Shown one piece after another: positions 14,148 to 33,224 of a stretch of DNA of 64,000 bases; the stretch's first letter is position 1; every line of letters starts with the position of its first letter. A model generated the notes under the pieces. That model ran no database searches, had not been told where the DNA came from, and saw only the letters and a program-made list of their open reading frames with translations. The translations under genes were made by a program, and so were the position numbers. Source of the DNA: the human T2T-CHM13v2.0 reference genome, Homo sapiens. The stretch lies in the NCBI RefSeq assembly GCF_009914755.1, contig NC_060938.1, one strand, 5' to 3'.

Positions 14148-16164
14148 TAACAGAACATAGTTACAAAGTAGGGAGAAAGATTCAAGCTAGCAGAAGCACA
14201 AAAAAGACTTATGATAAGGACACATGTAAATAGAAATTAGAACTGAAAGGTCATCAGTCATAGAAGTAAGTTCTCAAAATCATTTCTAAATCTGTTAATT
14301 TCCTTCACACTTATTTCAAGGCCCATAGAAGAAATTTTGAAGTGCTGTAAGTGGCCCTTTCCACAAGCTGCCATTGTCATATACTTTATGTTCATGTCAT
14401 ATACTTTATGTTCATATTTATGAAGATGACATGAACTAGTAGTGTTCCTTGAATACCCTGGATTAGTCACCTTAATGAACTTATGGTGGAACATTGCTAT
14501 GGAAAGGAGAAAAGAGAATTCAAAAAATATCGTTTCCCATCTCTTCCTCTTCCACATTTAGGTATGGATTGGGAATTAGGACCATTAAATGTAATACAGA
14601 TATAATATGAAAAAAATAAATGAAAGAAAATAGATTAGCAGATTACATAACTGTGAGTTTTTCTTATATATTATTCTACCTACTAAACCACAAAAAGGAT
14701 TTGTGGGTGTTTTAATGCTTTCTGAAGATTACTTAAGCACTAACATTAAAAGTAAATGTGTGTTGGGGTCAGCAGTAAGTTATTCTATTCTAAAATAACT
14801 TCAACAATTATCCTTTATAACTGTTCTCTGCTATAAATCCTAATTATTAGTTGTCCTATAATTCAATAAAGGTTTAAGAGCAAGTAAAGTTGTCTTTAGA
14901 TTTCCAAATTAGTATTTGGCATGATCTGTTACAGTCCACTTTCGACCCAGATCAAAATTTTCAAAATATGATATTAATTTTACTTTTTCTATTTTTAAAA
15001 TTTATTATATTTTGAATAAAAAGAGAGAGAGAGGAAGAGCATTAGATCCCAAAGACATATTATTTTATCTACTAAGAGGGTTTATATTGTGATGAATACA
15101 GTGCTCTATAAATTTTTAATGGGTTACAGGCTAATCAAATGACAAAGATTATGCTTTCTACAAATTGTAGTCATTCTACATGATTACTTTTAATTTATTT
15201 TAATATATGATGTCATAGATATGTGGAGAATTCCAACTTCTAGTCTTCAGAAAGAAGGTATTTCTTGCATGATTAAAGAACAGCAAAACAAAACAAAAAA
15301 CTTCTGAAGACTTATTTCTACTGGTCCCTTTAGCTAGGAGAAAATGTGTACAATCAAGAGTACATGTAAACATCAAAAGATCTTCAGCTCAAATGACACC
15401 TAGTTTTCTGCCAAGATCAATTCTATAATCTTCAAGTCACAATTTTATTCTATTTGAAGAGGGCAGTGCAAAGCACAGTTTGTCTAATTAACATCCTTCC
15501 CTAGTTTGGCTCTCAATACTGCTGCTGTCAATTAGCACTTCGATACCCATCACCTCTGCAGGCTCCAGCTAAGCCTAGCCAGGTCCTAATCCCACTGCTC
15601 TCCTGAGGACACCGCTCTACTGTGGCTGCCCCCACCATCAATCACTTCAAATGCTTAATGTTAACCACTAAGAGTCACAAACCCTCTGTCTCTCTGAAAG
15701 AAGATATTTCTTCTTTAACAAAATGGTTCTTTTCATACATTAAGAGATATTACTCCCTTTTTATTTGGCACCTGAAATGGTAACATTACCTTTTCAGAGT
15801 CAGATTTCCCCAGATAATGAGGTTTTATCACATCCACAAGGTACTGGACAAGAAGCATCTCATGTGCCGCCATTTTGTGAAGCATTCTGTTTTTCTTGTC
15901 AATACCAACACCCAGAAGAAATCCTCAATCTTTCAAGAGCTCTCTTGTTAAATGATGAATGAACAGACTTCATGTTAATTCATTGCTTTCATGTTCAGGA
16001 AACTAGAAAGTTCCTTCAGAAGAAAACCATCTTGTTACCTTCTCCCATGTGATCATTTGGCCTGTCATAGTTTTAAAAGTCTTTACTATGACTCGTTACT
16101 ATACAATAAAATTTCAAGTTTAAGATATTTATAAGTCATTGTGAATTTCATCCACTGTCATTAA

Positions 16165-16564
<400 letters not shown>

Positions 16565-16874
16565 TAAAGGAATGTGTGTTAAATATGCCCTAGCATGCAA
16601 AAAAAAAAAAAACAATATTAGTTATTACAACTTATTATTATCCCAATCCTACTTCATTTGTAGTGTCAGGTTCTACCTATTATAATCTATATCTAATTTA
16701 ATATCAATTAGATATTTGATAAAACAAAAAATACTTTTAATTTTATTTCATGCTTTCTTTTAAATATAAAGCCTTAAATGAGCTAAAAACCTAATTTATA
16801 AAGCATTTATCAAATGTCTAATAGTATTAGCTAAATTATCCTTAAAGTTTTATTAAATTATATTATTTCTCTCT

Positions 16875-17286
16875 TGTAGTAGATTGAATGGTAGTCCCCC
16901 AAAAGATGCGTCCACTTGTGAATGGTACCTTATTTGGATAAAGGGTCTTTGCGAAGGTAATTAAATCAAGGATGTTGAGATGAGATCATTCTGAATTAGG
17001 ATGGACTCCAAATCCAGTGACAAGTTTCCTCAGAAGAGTGAAAGATGTGAAGATAGAGGCAGAAATTAGACTAATGAATCTCCAAACCAAAAAATACCAA
17101 GGACTGCCAGCAGCTAGTGGAGAAACATGGAACAGATTCTCCTTCAGAGCTTCCAGAAACAATGAACACTACCAATACCTTGATTTGAGACTTAGTCTTC
17201 CAGAATTATGAAAGAATAAAATTACTGCTGTTCTAAACCACCAAATTTGTGGTAATTTGTTACAGTAGGCCTAGAAAGTGAATACA
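16875..17286 (+). mobile_element. MLT1C/D-like solo LTR
   Basis: tgtagtagattgaatggtagtcccccaaaagat...gtaatttgttacagtaggcctagaaagtgaataca. Confidence 0.85.
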
Positions 17287-17439
17287 TTAAATTCATGTCA
17301 TTAAGTGTATGTCTGTTTATTTCTAAGGGTCATATTTTTTTATCTACCCTATCTGTGAGTTTATTATGTGCTTCAATGAAACAAATAAGTGAATTATTAT
17401 TAATATCATTGTTCTTGTTGTTGTTATAGCTATATTTTA

Positions 17440-17640
17440 CGAAGACTAACCATAATGCAGATACTCTATATCCATGCTTTATTCCCTTAATATAGACAAT
17501 ATTATCCACATTTTACAGATAAGAGAACAGACTCAGAGAGATAAAAATAACTTGCCCAAATTTACACAATTAGTGAGTAATAATCAAATTTCAAACACAG
17601 AGCCATCCCTCTCCAAAACCTCGGTTCTATAGTTTTCTCT
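17440..17640 (-). mobile_element. MIR
   Basis: 'cattttacagataagagaacagactcagagag...aacttgcccaa'. Confidence 0.7.
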
Positions 17641-18079
17641 TTTATCAAATGAATGATGCCTTGATGTAAGTGATCTACAGCAACTCCTAGATTTTCATGT
17701 TTAATCTGTGACGTGCCCGTGAATGCAAACAGCAGGCTACACACTTGTTTCCCCTCTAGACCCCAGCCCAGCTTTTCAGCCCGCCTCATATCTGTTCTCC
17801 TTGCACAGCAACCTATCTGCAAAAGAAAACTGACCCAATGGTATCACTAACACCTCTTTATTCCCTGCTCAGGGCCATTCTATGCTCGGTTAATCCCATA
17901 CGTGCACACTCTTTCTTTCCAAATATTTTTGTTTGTGACAAAATAAAAAGAATATCCTTTCATGGATCCCCTGACCTCCATTTCTTCTCTAATGCTTATT
18001 CTTCCTTCTTAAGTTAACAAGAATGTAACTAAGGCTAAAAGAATTCTAGCTATCCAACTTAACCATGATCCAATCAGGG

Positions 18080-18498
18080 CTATGGTATAGCTGAATTGTA
18101 TCCCCTCCAAAATCCATATGTTGAAGCTCTAGCCCCCAGTATTTCAGAATTGACCTTATTTGGAGATAGAGTCTTTTAAAAACATTTGTATAAATTTAAA
18201 GGGTACAAGTGTAGTTTTGTCTTTGAGATAATTCAAGTAAAATGAGGTTACCAGTATGACTGGTGTCCTTATAAGAGGAGATTAGGACACAAACATGTGG
18301 CCATACAGAAGAAAGACTTTATGAGGACACAGTGAGAAGGTGACCATCTGCAAGCTAAGGACAGAGATCCCAGAAGAAACACCCTGCCAACCTTGATCTT
18401 GGAATTCTAGACACCAGAACCTTGAGAAAACAAATTTTTGTTGTTTAAGCCAACCAGTCTGTAGTATTTTGTTATGGCAGCCCTAATAAACTAGAACA
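18080..18498 (+). mobile_element. MLT1B-like solo LTR
   Basis: 'gaattgtatcccctccaaaatccatatgttgaag...gtattttgttatggcagccctaataaactagaaca'. Confidence 0.85.
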
Positions 18499-19143
18499 GG
18501 CTAGAAGAATTCTAACAATTCACATGTTTTAAGGAATATAAGAGTTATGTTAGAAAATGACATCAAATATATGTATAAAGAGATCATATCTATCTTCAAT
18601 GTGTAATATCTATAAAAGTGTTCAAAAATCTCTTTCAAAAACTCCACAGATTTCTCTATTTAATTCTGTAAACAAGTTCACTTCCCTTTGAGCACTAAAT
18701 TGCAAAAAAAAGAAATGAAATAATTCCTTATTCAAGTTTAGACTTTAATTTTAATTTATGTTTCTGACTTAAATTGTTTTCATCTATTTTCTGTTTGACA
18801 AGATTTAACCTACATTGTGGACCAAATTACTTTGTGAGTTGGGCTGAAAGACAAAAATCTTAATTATAAAAATGTTTATTTGAAAAACAAGCTGTGAGTT
18901 TCAAACAACCAATTCAACATCGATTTTCCAGAATATAATCAAATGTAATTTGGGATCTACCTTATATCTTAGTATGCAAAAAGATGTATATAAACTTATA
19001 ACACCTTAAAAGTATGCATAGTATATCTTAAAAGCATATTAACTGTGCATAACATGACCATAATTTTTATTACAGGGTTCCTAGATTTCCCTTTTTATTG
19101 GCACTCCCTTGAGATAAGCACTAACTGTTAAAAATACAATTCA

Positions 19144-19466
<323 letters not shown>

Positions 19467-20821
19467 TTAGAACGATGGTACTTTGCTATTTATTTTTACT
19501 ATTATCCTTTAACTTATGGTGATAATATTGTTCTCTGACATTTTTTTGTCAGTCTCTCATCATCTACTACAGCTTTTAAGTTGTCCATCGAGATGTTTCC
19601 TGGTAAGATAACTGCTGATGTTACCTGAACTCCTGAATAGTAAGGGCTGAATTTACATTTTACTGTTTAATGCCTGGATATGTGTTTTGTTTCATGATTG
19701 ATCTGTGGCATAATTAAATACCTAAATTGCTTCAAAAGGAAGTTGCTATCATTGGCATTAGTTACTGAGAACTGAATTAACCTAGGTGACATATGAGCAC
19801 ACTATCCCAGCTGCCAAAAAATTAACAGTGTAAAAGCAAGTCTATTTCAAATGATGAAGAAAAAAATCCCTCTCTATATTTTCTTAAAATCTGTCATTAT
19901 TCACACATGTTTATAAAAGCCTCCTCCTTACTGAGGTTATTAATCTTGAGAAATCAAAAGGCAGAACATCATGCAGTCAAAGCGTGGAAAAGATATGTTC
20001 TTATTTCTCCTCCCTGTGATTGTTATTTTAATAGACACCTACCATTTTTGTCACTTTCCTTGAATGCAGTCAGATTTCACTTCTCTGCTATCACCATGTT
20101 GTGTTTTTAAAAGCCACATATTGATTTAACTTCCATGCACTACAGTTTTCAATGGTGGTGGAACTCTTCATTTATCCTCCATGTTTTACATTAATGCATT
20201 TACAGCTATAGAAAATGGAACTGCCACAATGGTAATAATACCTGTCTCTGAATTATCTCAAAAACATACTTGTGTAACTCAGAACAGGAGAAAATTTATG
20301 TTCAGATAATTGACATTTAAGTATACAGAATGCAAGACTGCCACTATTAACAAGTGGTTTATTACTTTCTTTCCTAAATAAATGTAAAGAAGTTTGTTAA
20401 TTATATACTGCAAATGTGGGAAAGATATTCTTATACCTTTTGAATGTCCCCTTTTCTCTATAATTACCTTTACAGTAAGACAAGCATCCTAGTACTTCCT
20501 TAGTTGTAATAAATGCATATTCTCTAATACATTTTCCATACCCTAAATGCATCACTACTTTTTTAAAACTTACTCATCAGAAATACGCTTTTCTGTTCTA
20601 AGAGTTTCATAAGTGTAGGGGTTCGAATGTGTTGTTACATTGTAACTCTTTTCTTAGACTACACTTCCTATACAACAAATAGTCACTGACAGCCTACAAT
20701 ATAAAAGGTACTATTCTAAAGACTTTAATGAACTTGGAGGTAATTGACCTTGTTCCTGCTCTCTGTGGCAGCAAAACTGACACTTTGCATTGCTATCACT
20801 ATAAATAAAAATGTGCAATCA

Positions 20822-21198
<377 letters not shown>

Positions 21199-21606
21199 CT
21201 AAAAATAATAAGTACACTAACTAGTTCTTCAGAATGAATGGGATCTTCAGCACTTCCTATAAGTTCCTGACTTCCTATAAGAACAACTATATCCCTGACT
21301 TTTATAATGCTAATGTCTGAAGATATATAATTGTGGAAATGGTAATCATATGATAAAATTATTACATTTTCCATCATGAACAACCTAATAACATTTGGTA
21401 ACTGGTAATCTGATAGGGTTTATTGTTTTATTTTGTTTTTTTTCTGTAAATGCTTCTTGCACTTTTTACTCGAAGAGCTAGTTCTCCTAAAGTCTGAATT
21501 CAGAACTGAATTCTAAAGTAACCTCCATGTACTGAATTATGGACAATCCCAGATACATCAGAAACTCAGAATTCTGTTTACCTGTATAACAATGTAGCAT
21601 ATTAAT

Positions 21607-22104
21607 GTTAAAGAAAAAAAACATTTATGACATTTGTTAAAGATGGAAGGCAGACAGTATTCACGGAGTGTCATGGCCAATAGGTGTAGGGGCCACTGCA
21701 ACCAGGTCTTGCAGTGGAGGAGAGAGATTGGACTCAACTCCAGCTCTGACAAAGACAAGTGGGGATTTACAACCAAGAAGTAAGATGGGGTCAGTGGATG
21801 CAAAATTCCTGAAACATCAAGGATAACTGGTTTCTGGCCAAGCTGACTCGACAGAATTATTGCTGAAGGCAGGCCAGGTTAATAAGGTATTGAGGGTGGT
21901 CAGATACTATAGGTGAAGGATTTTCTTATCCAAATCCATATGATTACCATTTCCACATAGGTAATTATTGAACTGGCTTAGTGGGATTCTTGCCCAAACT
22001 GGGTTCTATAAGGACAGAGAGGAAAGTCCAAGTTCAGGCCTCACCAAGCAGAAGACTCAGAAGAGACTGACTAAAGTTTTGGTGAACACTGTCTTTCTTG
22101 GTCA
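21607..22104 (-). mobile_element. MER31-like ERV1 solo LTR
   Basis: 'tgttaaagaaaaaa...ccactgcaaccaggtcttgcagtggaggagagagattggactcaactcc...ggggtcagtggatg'. Confidence 0.75.
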
Positions 22105-22109
22105 TGCAC

Positions 22110-22830
22110 TAAATATGTGTGAAATTGAGAGAGAAGAGGACAGTTATGTTTCTATTAAGAAAGAACAAATAATTACAAACAAATTAACTTAGGATTTAAC
22201 TCAAAATGTCTGAAAAGTGAAATAAACCAGGAGAAAAACTCAATAAAATTTAAAAATATACTATAGTTATTAGAAGCCAATAAAGCAATAGAACTATAAA
22301 ATAAAAACCAGGGTCCGATTTTTTGAGAAATCAGTAAACAAACATCTGTTAAACCTGATTAAGAGAGAGGAGAGAGAAGATGCATACACAACTAGAGGAA
22401 TGAGAACATTTCTTAAATCATAAAATGATAGTAATAAATAAATCTTATATGAAATCAGAAATACAATGGCATTTTCTTAATATTTCAGAAGTATATAAAA
22501 ATAAAAAGTAAACATTGTTCTTAATAAAATTTTGAGACTTTCTGACTAAAGTCAGGATTAACAGCAGGAGGCACTATTATCAATACTATTCAACAGTTTT
22601 CTCTGAGGACTTAATTGATGAAGAAATAAAGGAAAATAGAAAGTATTTTTATAACATAGGGGTGAAAGTTTTACCATCATCATTATTTGTGGATTTCAGG
22701 ATTTCTACCTAAAAATCCAAAAATAAACACCAGCCAGGAAATTAATGTAGCCAATTAAAAAAGAAATGTTAAAAAATAACTTTAATACATACTACAAATA
22801 CTAAAAACAGCCATTTATGGAATTGAATTA
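22110..22830 (+). mobile_element. Highly diverged L1ME ORF2 fragments
   Basis: A-rich remnants ('actattatcaatactattcaaca', 'attatttgtggatt...ctacctaaaaatccaa'). Confidence 0.45.
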
Positions 22831-22839
22831 TGGTAGATA

Positions 22840-23240
22840 CTGTTAAGTGTTTCTCACTTGTGTCAAGGTTTGCTATTCTAGTACATAGTAGTGGCTTCCA
22901 GATACCCATCTATAACACAGCCTAAAAGGGCCAGGAAATTAACACTCCTGAAACTCAGAAAATGATAGACAGCAGCTGGAGTATAAATAGCCTAGCTTCA
23001 CATTCCTCTAGTAGGATACCTGCAGTATTTTAAGCGCTGCTTTCCAGATTTTTCAACAAAATTAACTCTGAATTGCCCATAGTAATAACAGACTCAAAAG
23101 CACACCGTTTATTAGCTTCCTTTTCTTCCTTGTCTCACTTCTTTTCCTATCAGTGCTTCCTGGGATCAACCCCCAAATAACCTATTTATACTCAAATTCT
23201 TATATCTTGGTCTAATTCTGGGAAAACTTGATCTAAGACA
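22840..23240 (+). mobile_element. LTR16-family ERVL LTR
   Basis: Typical 3' end 'cccaaataacctatttatactcaaattc...ctgggaaaacttgatctaagaca'. A TATA-like 'gtataaata' lies at ~22981. Confidence 0.8.
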
Positions 23241-24620
23241 CATAATAAAAGACAGCTGGACCCTGTGAATTAAATTCTGGAAATTAGATCATTCTGGTCA
23301 GATGGTTAAAATGATCCCATTGCCAATAGGAAGCAAGGTGGTAGTAACCCATGGTGAGCTGTAGTAACAAAATGTCTAAGAGTTATACCTATATTGAATT
23401 GGGATGAAATACAGGATGAAAGCAACGGTGTTTATTAGGATTGCAGAGTTGGTTGGCTGTTTTTAACTGTCATTGAAGCCAGAAAGAACAAAGTGACCAG
23501 GTACAGATGGAGCCACTAACCAATTCAGGACGCAGTGTACAAGTCAAAAGGCATCCATAAAAGCATTTAAGGACATCCGCACTTCCTATAGCCAAAATGC
23601 TGACTGTGCTGAAAACCCAACCTAGGAACTGATTTTAAAAGTGGTAGAATTACAAAGAGGGTGAATTCACAACCAAAACAAGTATCTTATGCTAAAGTCA
23701 CGGAACTCACAGGGAAAGAACAGAAAGGAATAATATAGAAAGAGAAGGACTCTGAGAACCAAAGTGAGAATATTTGGGTGGATACACTTGAAAAATCAAA
23801 CACATTGGCTTGAAATGTCTAGTCAAGAAGTGCCCATTCCTCTTGCCTTGAGGAATATGTAGCCTGCCCTTGGTTGAAGAGGATGCCTGAAAATATTATT
23901 CTCTCTCTTCTCATCAAATACCCTACTTTCCCATTTTGCTTCTAGGAAATAACTAGGGACATGTCTCCGAAGGACTCAAAGATGAAATACGATCTCTGCT
24001 ATGAGGAAAAAAAAATGTTTCCCAAAATCTTCAGGGTCTGGCTAATAAATGCTAGCAGAAACTGAGTTGAAAATGGATCCAACTGAGTGGGAAAACACAA
24101 TTGGAAATGCATCTAAAGAATATTGAACAAAGTGGGAAATGGGAAAGAATAAAAGACAGAGTTTACTAATAATTTGGCACTCTCCTGTGACTCAGATATA
24201 ATGCCTGGGCAAACACAGCTGAGCTGGGAAAGCTCCTTAAAGCTTCAAAGAAAAAAAATATGACTAATGATAAGTGAAGTGAAGATGCAAAAACCATGTT
24301 GGAAGAATACTGAAGGAAGAAATGACTCAGAGATGCAGACAGGTAGAAGTGAATGTAAAAGATAAGACCAGAGAATCTTCCAGCTTACTATGTTCCCCCA
24401 GGAAGGCCCAAAAGACTCTTTTCACTAAAGCTGTAAGAAATGTACTAGAGAAGGGAAGGTCATAAGTAGCTATCCTTTGTAAGCCAGGGTCAATTAAAGG
24501 GGAGTCTGCTACAGAAATGAGCTCCGTAGATTCAATGGGAATATAAAAATTTGAAATAGCAGAGTCAAGGTAACAGTATTTAACCATCTGAAGCAAGGTG
24601 GCAAGGGAAGACAAAGCTGT
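23241..24620 (+). mobile_element. ERVL/HERV16-type internal sequence (gag-like, degenerate)
   Basis: Directly follows the LTR16, is purine-rich and has no intact ORF. Confidence 0.65.
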
Positions 24621-24643
24621 GGGACATACACTACCTGGTTTCA

Positions 24644-25467
<824 letters not shown>

Positions 25468-25507
25468 TTACTAAATGATATATAGTAGTTTTATACTACA
25501 TGATATA

Positions 25508-25830
25508 TAGTAGTTATCCACAGGGGAAATGCTTCAAGATCCCCAGTGGATATATGAACTGCAGACAGTTCTGAACTCTATATATACTATGCTATTTTCT
25601 TAATGATACATACTAACCTAAGATAAAGTTTAATTTATAAATTAGGCACAGTAAGAGATTAACAATAATAACTAATAAAATGGAACAATTATAACAAAAT
25701 ACTATAATAAAAGTTATGTGAATATGCTTATATGCTACCTCTCTCTCTGTCTCTCAAAATGTATTATTGTACTATACTGCAGGTAACTGAAACCACAGAA
25801 AGCAAAACCATGGATAAGGGGGTAGTACTG
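25508..25830 (-). mobile_element. MER44-like TcMar-Tigger MITE
   Basis: Terminus 'ggtaactgaaaccacagaaagcaaaaccatggataagggggtagtactg'. Confidence 0.8.
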
Positions 25831-26027
25831 CATACTTCAATCCCTGTCTCACGCTATATACAAAAATTAATTCGAATGGTTCACAGTTGTAAAATCTAAA
25901 ACTATAAAACATAAGATAAAAATCCATGTGACTTTGGGTTACGCAGATATTTTTTAGATACGATACTCAAAGCACTATCCTTATAAGAAAAAAATGATAT
26001 TAAACTTCATCAAAATTAAGAGCTTTT

Positions 26028-26393
<366 letters not shown>

Positions 26394-26919
26394 TTATCTG
26401 ATGAAGAATTTGTACCCCAAATATATGAATAATTCTCAAAATCCTAAAATAAAAAAAAAACTCAACTTTTTTAAGTGGGCAAAATATTTTAACAAACACA
26501 GATGGCAAATAAGCACAGGAAAATACATTCAACATCATTATTTATCAGGGAAATTCAAATTAAAGCCACAACCACACACCGATTAGCATGAGAAGAAAAT
26601 ATTAACAATACCAAGTGCTGGTAAGAATGCAGAGCAGCTGGAACTATCATGCCTCACTGGTGGGAATGTAAAATTGTACAGCCACACTGGAAAGTTGTTT
26701 GTCAGTTTCTCATCAAGTGAAACATACACTGGCCATATGATCCAGCAATCCCACTTATGAATCTCTATCCTAGAGATGTGAAAACCTTTGTTCACAATAA
26801 AACCTGTACCTGAATGTTTATAACAGCTCTATTTATAATTACCCTAAACTAGAAAAACCAAATGTCTCAAAAACAGAAAATAAAGAAATTATGGTACATT
26901 CCATAAAGAAATAATGTAC

Positions 26920-28495
26920 TATTCCGGATGTGATATCTCTACTAGAACAGATCATCTCAGCTTCTAACACATAATATGTGACTATTAATTCTCAACTACA
27001 TTATCTTCAATCCCCAGCATAAAGAGGGACCAGGAACTATTCCCATTAATTTGAGACAGACAGCAATGTACATTATCAGTTTTCCCCTAGAGTTACATTG
27101 ACTCTTTAGCTCTCTATTATACCATAGGCATTAATCATACAGACATTCTGTGGAACTTCACTCTGGTACACAATATTAATGATATTATATTGTTGGGCCT
27201 GGGGAGCAGAAAGTAGCAAGACATCTGGATGACCCGGACATATATGCACTAGAAGATGGAAAATAACCCCAACCAATACTTAAGAGAGCAGCCATATCAG
27301 TAAGCTTCAGGGGTTTAGTTGTCTGGAACATGCTGGATAAAGAAGAATTTATTACAAATTTGTACCTCCTGTCACGAAGAAAGAGACAATGCTACTGGTA
27401 GGCTTCCTTGTACTTTGCAGACAGCACTTTTGGTACCTGAGAATACTACTTCAGTTCTTTTACCATTTTAAAGAAACAGGTTATCAGTGGGACCAAAAGC
27501 AAGAAGGGGCTCAGCAAAAATTCAAGATGCAGTATAAACCGCCCTGAATTTGAGTGGTCTAACCAGTAGTACACTTGATGTTAGAGATATCTGTGGAAAT
27601 AAGTGTGTTGGATGGAGTCTGTGCTAAGCAACAGTAAGAAAGTCACAGATAAGTCCCCTACAATTCTGGTGCAAGGCTATGTTTTCTACAGTAAAGAATT
27701 ATTCACAGTTCAAAAGGAACCTTGTGAAATGTACTCGGTCTTAGTAGAATTTAAGCACTTTTTTTTAACATGGGATAACAAGTAAATAGGCAGCCAGGGT
27801 GATGAGTCAGAAGCACATTACAAACCCACCAATTCATAATGTCGAGCAGGCAAAGCATCAATTCATCATACCACAGGAAATTTTCTTTCCAGGGTTTAGC
27901 TTGAGCAGGACAAAAGGACACACATAATTTAAATGGATTGTCCTAGACACCCATTTTACCAATTTTTTTTAACCAATGTCCCCCTCATCTCACACCTATG
28001 ACTTCATGGGAAATTTCCAACAACTGGCTGACAAATGAAGAAACAACTCAGGCCTGATTCATGGATCAATCAGCTCAATAAGCTGTGCAGACTAAAAATA
28101 TACTCCTCCCACACTACAGTCACACTCAAAAGTGATGCTGAAATACAACATTGAAGAGAAATTTTCCCATTGGGAAGAGCTTTAAAGGGTAAAATTGATC
28201 ATCAGTTTGGTGAGAAAGATGAAGTAACCTGAGGTAAAGATATATATGAACTCCTGGAATGTGACAAATGGCTTATCTGGTTGTTTAAGGGCTTAGAAAA
28301 ATCAAAATTAAAAGATCAGAGTCAAAGAGGATTGCAGAAGAAGCATGTGGATGGACCTAAGAGAATGGGCACAAAGTGTACAAACGTTTGTGTTGCATAG
28401 CAATGACCCTCTAAGAACCTTCATCTCAAACAACCAATTGTATAAGATTCTTCTAGTGAGGCAGCTTGCCTCAATTCTCAGCCACCCCATGGCAC
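26920..28495 (+). mobile_element. ERVL/HERV16-type internal sequence (pol remnant)
   Basis: A decayed RT YIDD-region ('cacaatattaatgatattatattgttgggcc') at ~27170 and RNase H-like remnants ('ggcctgattcatggat', 'gggaagagcttta', 'aatggcttatctggttg'). Many stops. Confidence 0.7.
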
Positions 28496-28832
28496 AGTAG
28501 ATACAAAAGAAAATATATATTCAGCTAAAAGTCACTAGGCTCAACTTTTAGTCCCTTGACTAAGTAAATGGATTCCCAAGAAAAGTTCCAATCTTACTAA
28601 AGATTAATGACATTAAAGAGTGTAAACATTTTTATTAGGAATTCTAACACTTTACTAAAAGTATGTTATCAATTATAGCATACAAGCAGGTTTTATCATA
28701 GACCAAATTTGGATCTTTTTTTCTTTAACAGTTCTTTTTGATCTAGGCTACCATTAATAATCTCTCTTGTTCAGGTAAGGTTTGTCTCATTGCATTTCTA
28801 CACTAATGTTATTCATGGAATTGTGGTGTAAT

Positions 28833-29060
28833 ACAGGACTTAGAAAACTAAGGCTGGCCAGTCAAATGCAGCTAATTACCTGTTTTTGTAAATAAAGTTT
28901 TATTAGAACATAGGCCTGAATATTTATTTATAAATTTTCTGTGGTTGCTTTTGAGCTACAATGGCAGAGTTGAACAGTTATAAAAAGAGACTGTATAGTC
29001 TGCAAAGCCTAAAATATTTGCTATATGACCAACTACCAAAAAGGTTTGCCAACCCCTCCT
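28833..29060. mobile_element. MER58-like hAT-Charlie MITE
   Basis: 'cctgtttttgtaaataaagttttattagaaca...gcaaagcctaaaatatttgcta...gtttgccaacccct'. Confidence 0.85.
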
Positions 29061-29509
29061 GTAAAGCAGAAGTAAATTAGTGTGAGCTTCTTTATACATG
29101 TCAGTGTAAAATGTATCACAAAAATAGCGTAGTAGCAGAGAGGAGAAAATAAAAATATACCAGTATAAGATTTTTACACTGTACATGAAGCTTTTGATAT
29201 TATTTAGAGGTAGAATGTGATAAAGATACATATTGTGAACTTCAGAGCAACTACCAAAACTACAGATGAGTTATAACTAATGAGCCAACAGTAGAACATT
29301 AAATTACAAACAAATTAATTAATCCAAAGATACACTAAAGAAGAAAAAAGAACAAAATATAGAAAGAACTACAAGGTGGAAAATCTTTAAAAATGGCAGA
29401 TTTAAACATAACCTATTAATAATTACACTAAAGACTTAAATAATTACTGCAATCAAAAGAAATAGACTGTCAGGTTGAATTAAAATGTTTTAAATAGTCA
29501 AGAGTAAAG

Positions 29510-32131
<2,622 letters not shown>

Positions 32132-33224
32132 CTAACATGCACGCACACATGCTGGCTGAACAACAGTGTGCCTGTGCTTTCAGTCAGAGTAACAGCTCCA
32201 TGGCTCCAAGCCCACAAGCCAGACCTCAAGTTGGCTAACCCACTGTATATGCACATCAACCATGAAAAAGCAAGAAAATATATCACCTTCAAAGGAAAAC
32301 AATAATTCTCCAGTAAGAGATCCCAATCATAAGGAAATACCTGGAATGCCAGTAAAAGAATTCAAAATAACAGTCTAAGAAAATTCAGTGAGATACAAGA
32401 GACTGCATATAAATAAATGAAATCAGGAAAACAATTCATGACTTAATGATTCAACAAAGGGATAGATATTATTTTTTAAAAACTAACAGAAATCCTAGAG
32501 CTGAATAATTTAATATTTAAAATAAAAAAATCTATTGAGAGATTCAACAACAGATTAGATCAAGCACAAGAAAGAATTTCTGAACTTGAAGATTGGTCAT
32601 TTGAAATAACACATGCAGACAAAGAAAAAATTAAAAAGAATGAAGAAGATTTTCAGAATTTATGAGACATCATTAAGCAAACAGACATTTGTTTTGTGGG
32701 CACTCCAGAAGGTGAAGAGAAGGAAAAAGTTGAGGAAAACATATTTAATAAAGTAACAGCAGAAAACATCCGAAGTGTCAGTACAGTGATGAAGTAAAGA
32801 AGCTCAAAGAACCGCCCAGAACCTAAAACAGGTCCTCTCCAACATACATTATAGCCAAATTGTCAAAGTCAAAGACAAAGAGAAAATTTTAAAAGCAGCA
32901 AGAGAAAAGCCTTAAGTCACATATTAGGAAATTCATATTAGACTAACAATAGATTTTTCAGGAGAAACCTTACAGGCTAGGAAAGAATGAAATGATACAG
33001 TCAACGTCTTGGAAAAAAAAAAAACTATCGTCAAACAAGAATATCATGCCCAGCAACACTATACTTCAAAAAATGAAGGAGAAATATATCTTTCACAGAC
33101 CAAAAAAAAAAAAAAAAACCACTAAGGGAATTCATTACCACTAGACCAGCCTAACAAGAAATGCTCAAGGGAGTCTTACATCTGGAAATGAAAAGATGAT
33201 AGCCACCATCTTAAAACATGATAA

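Noticed and set aside
15790-15925. Minus-strand open frame ending at the donor AAG|GTAATG
   Set aside because: No convincing acceptor and no recognisable protein.
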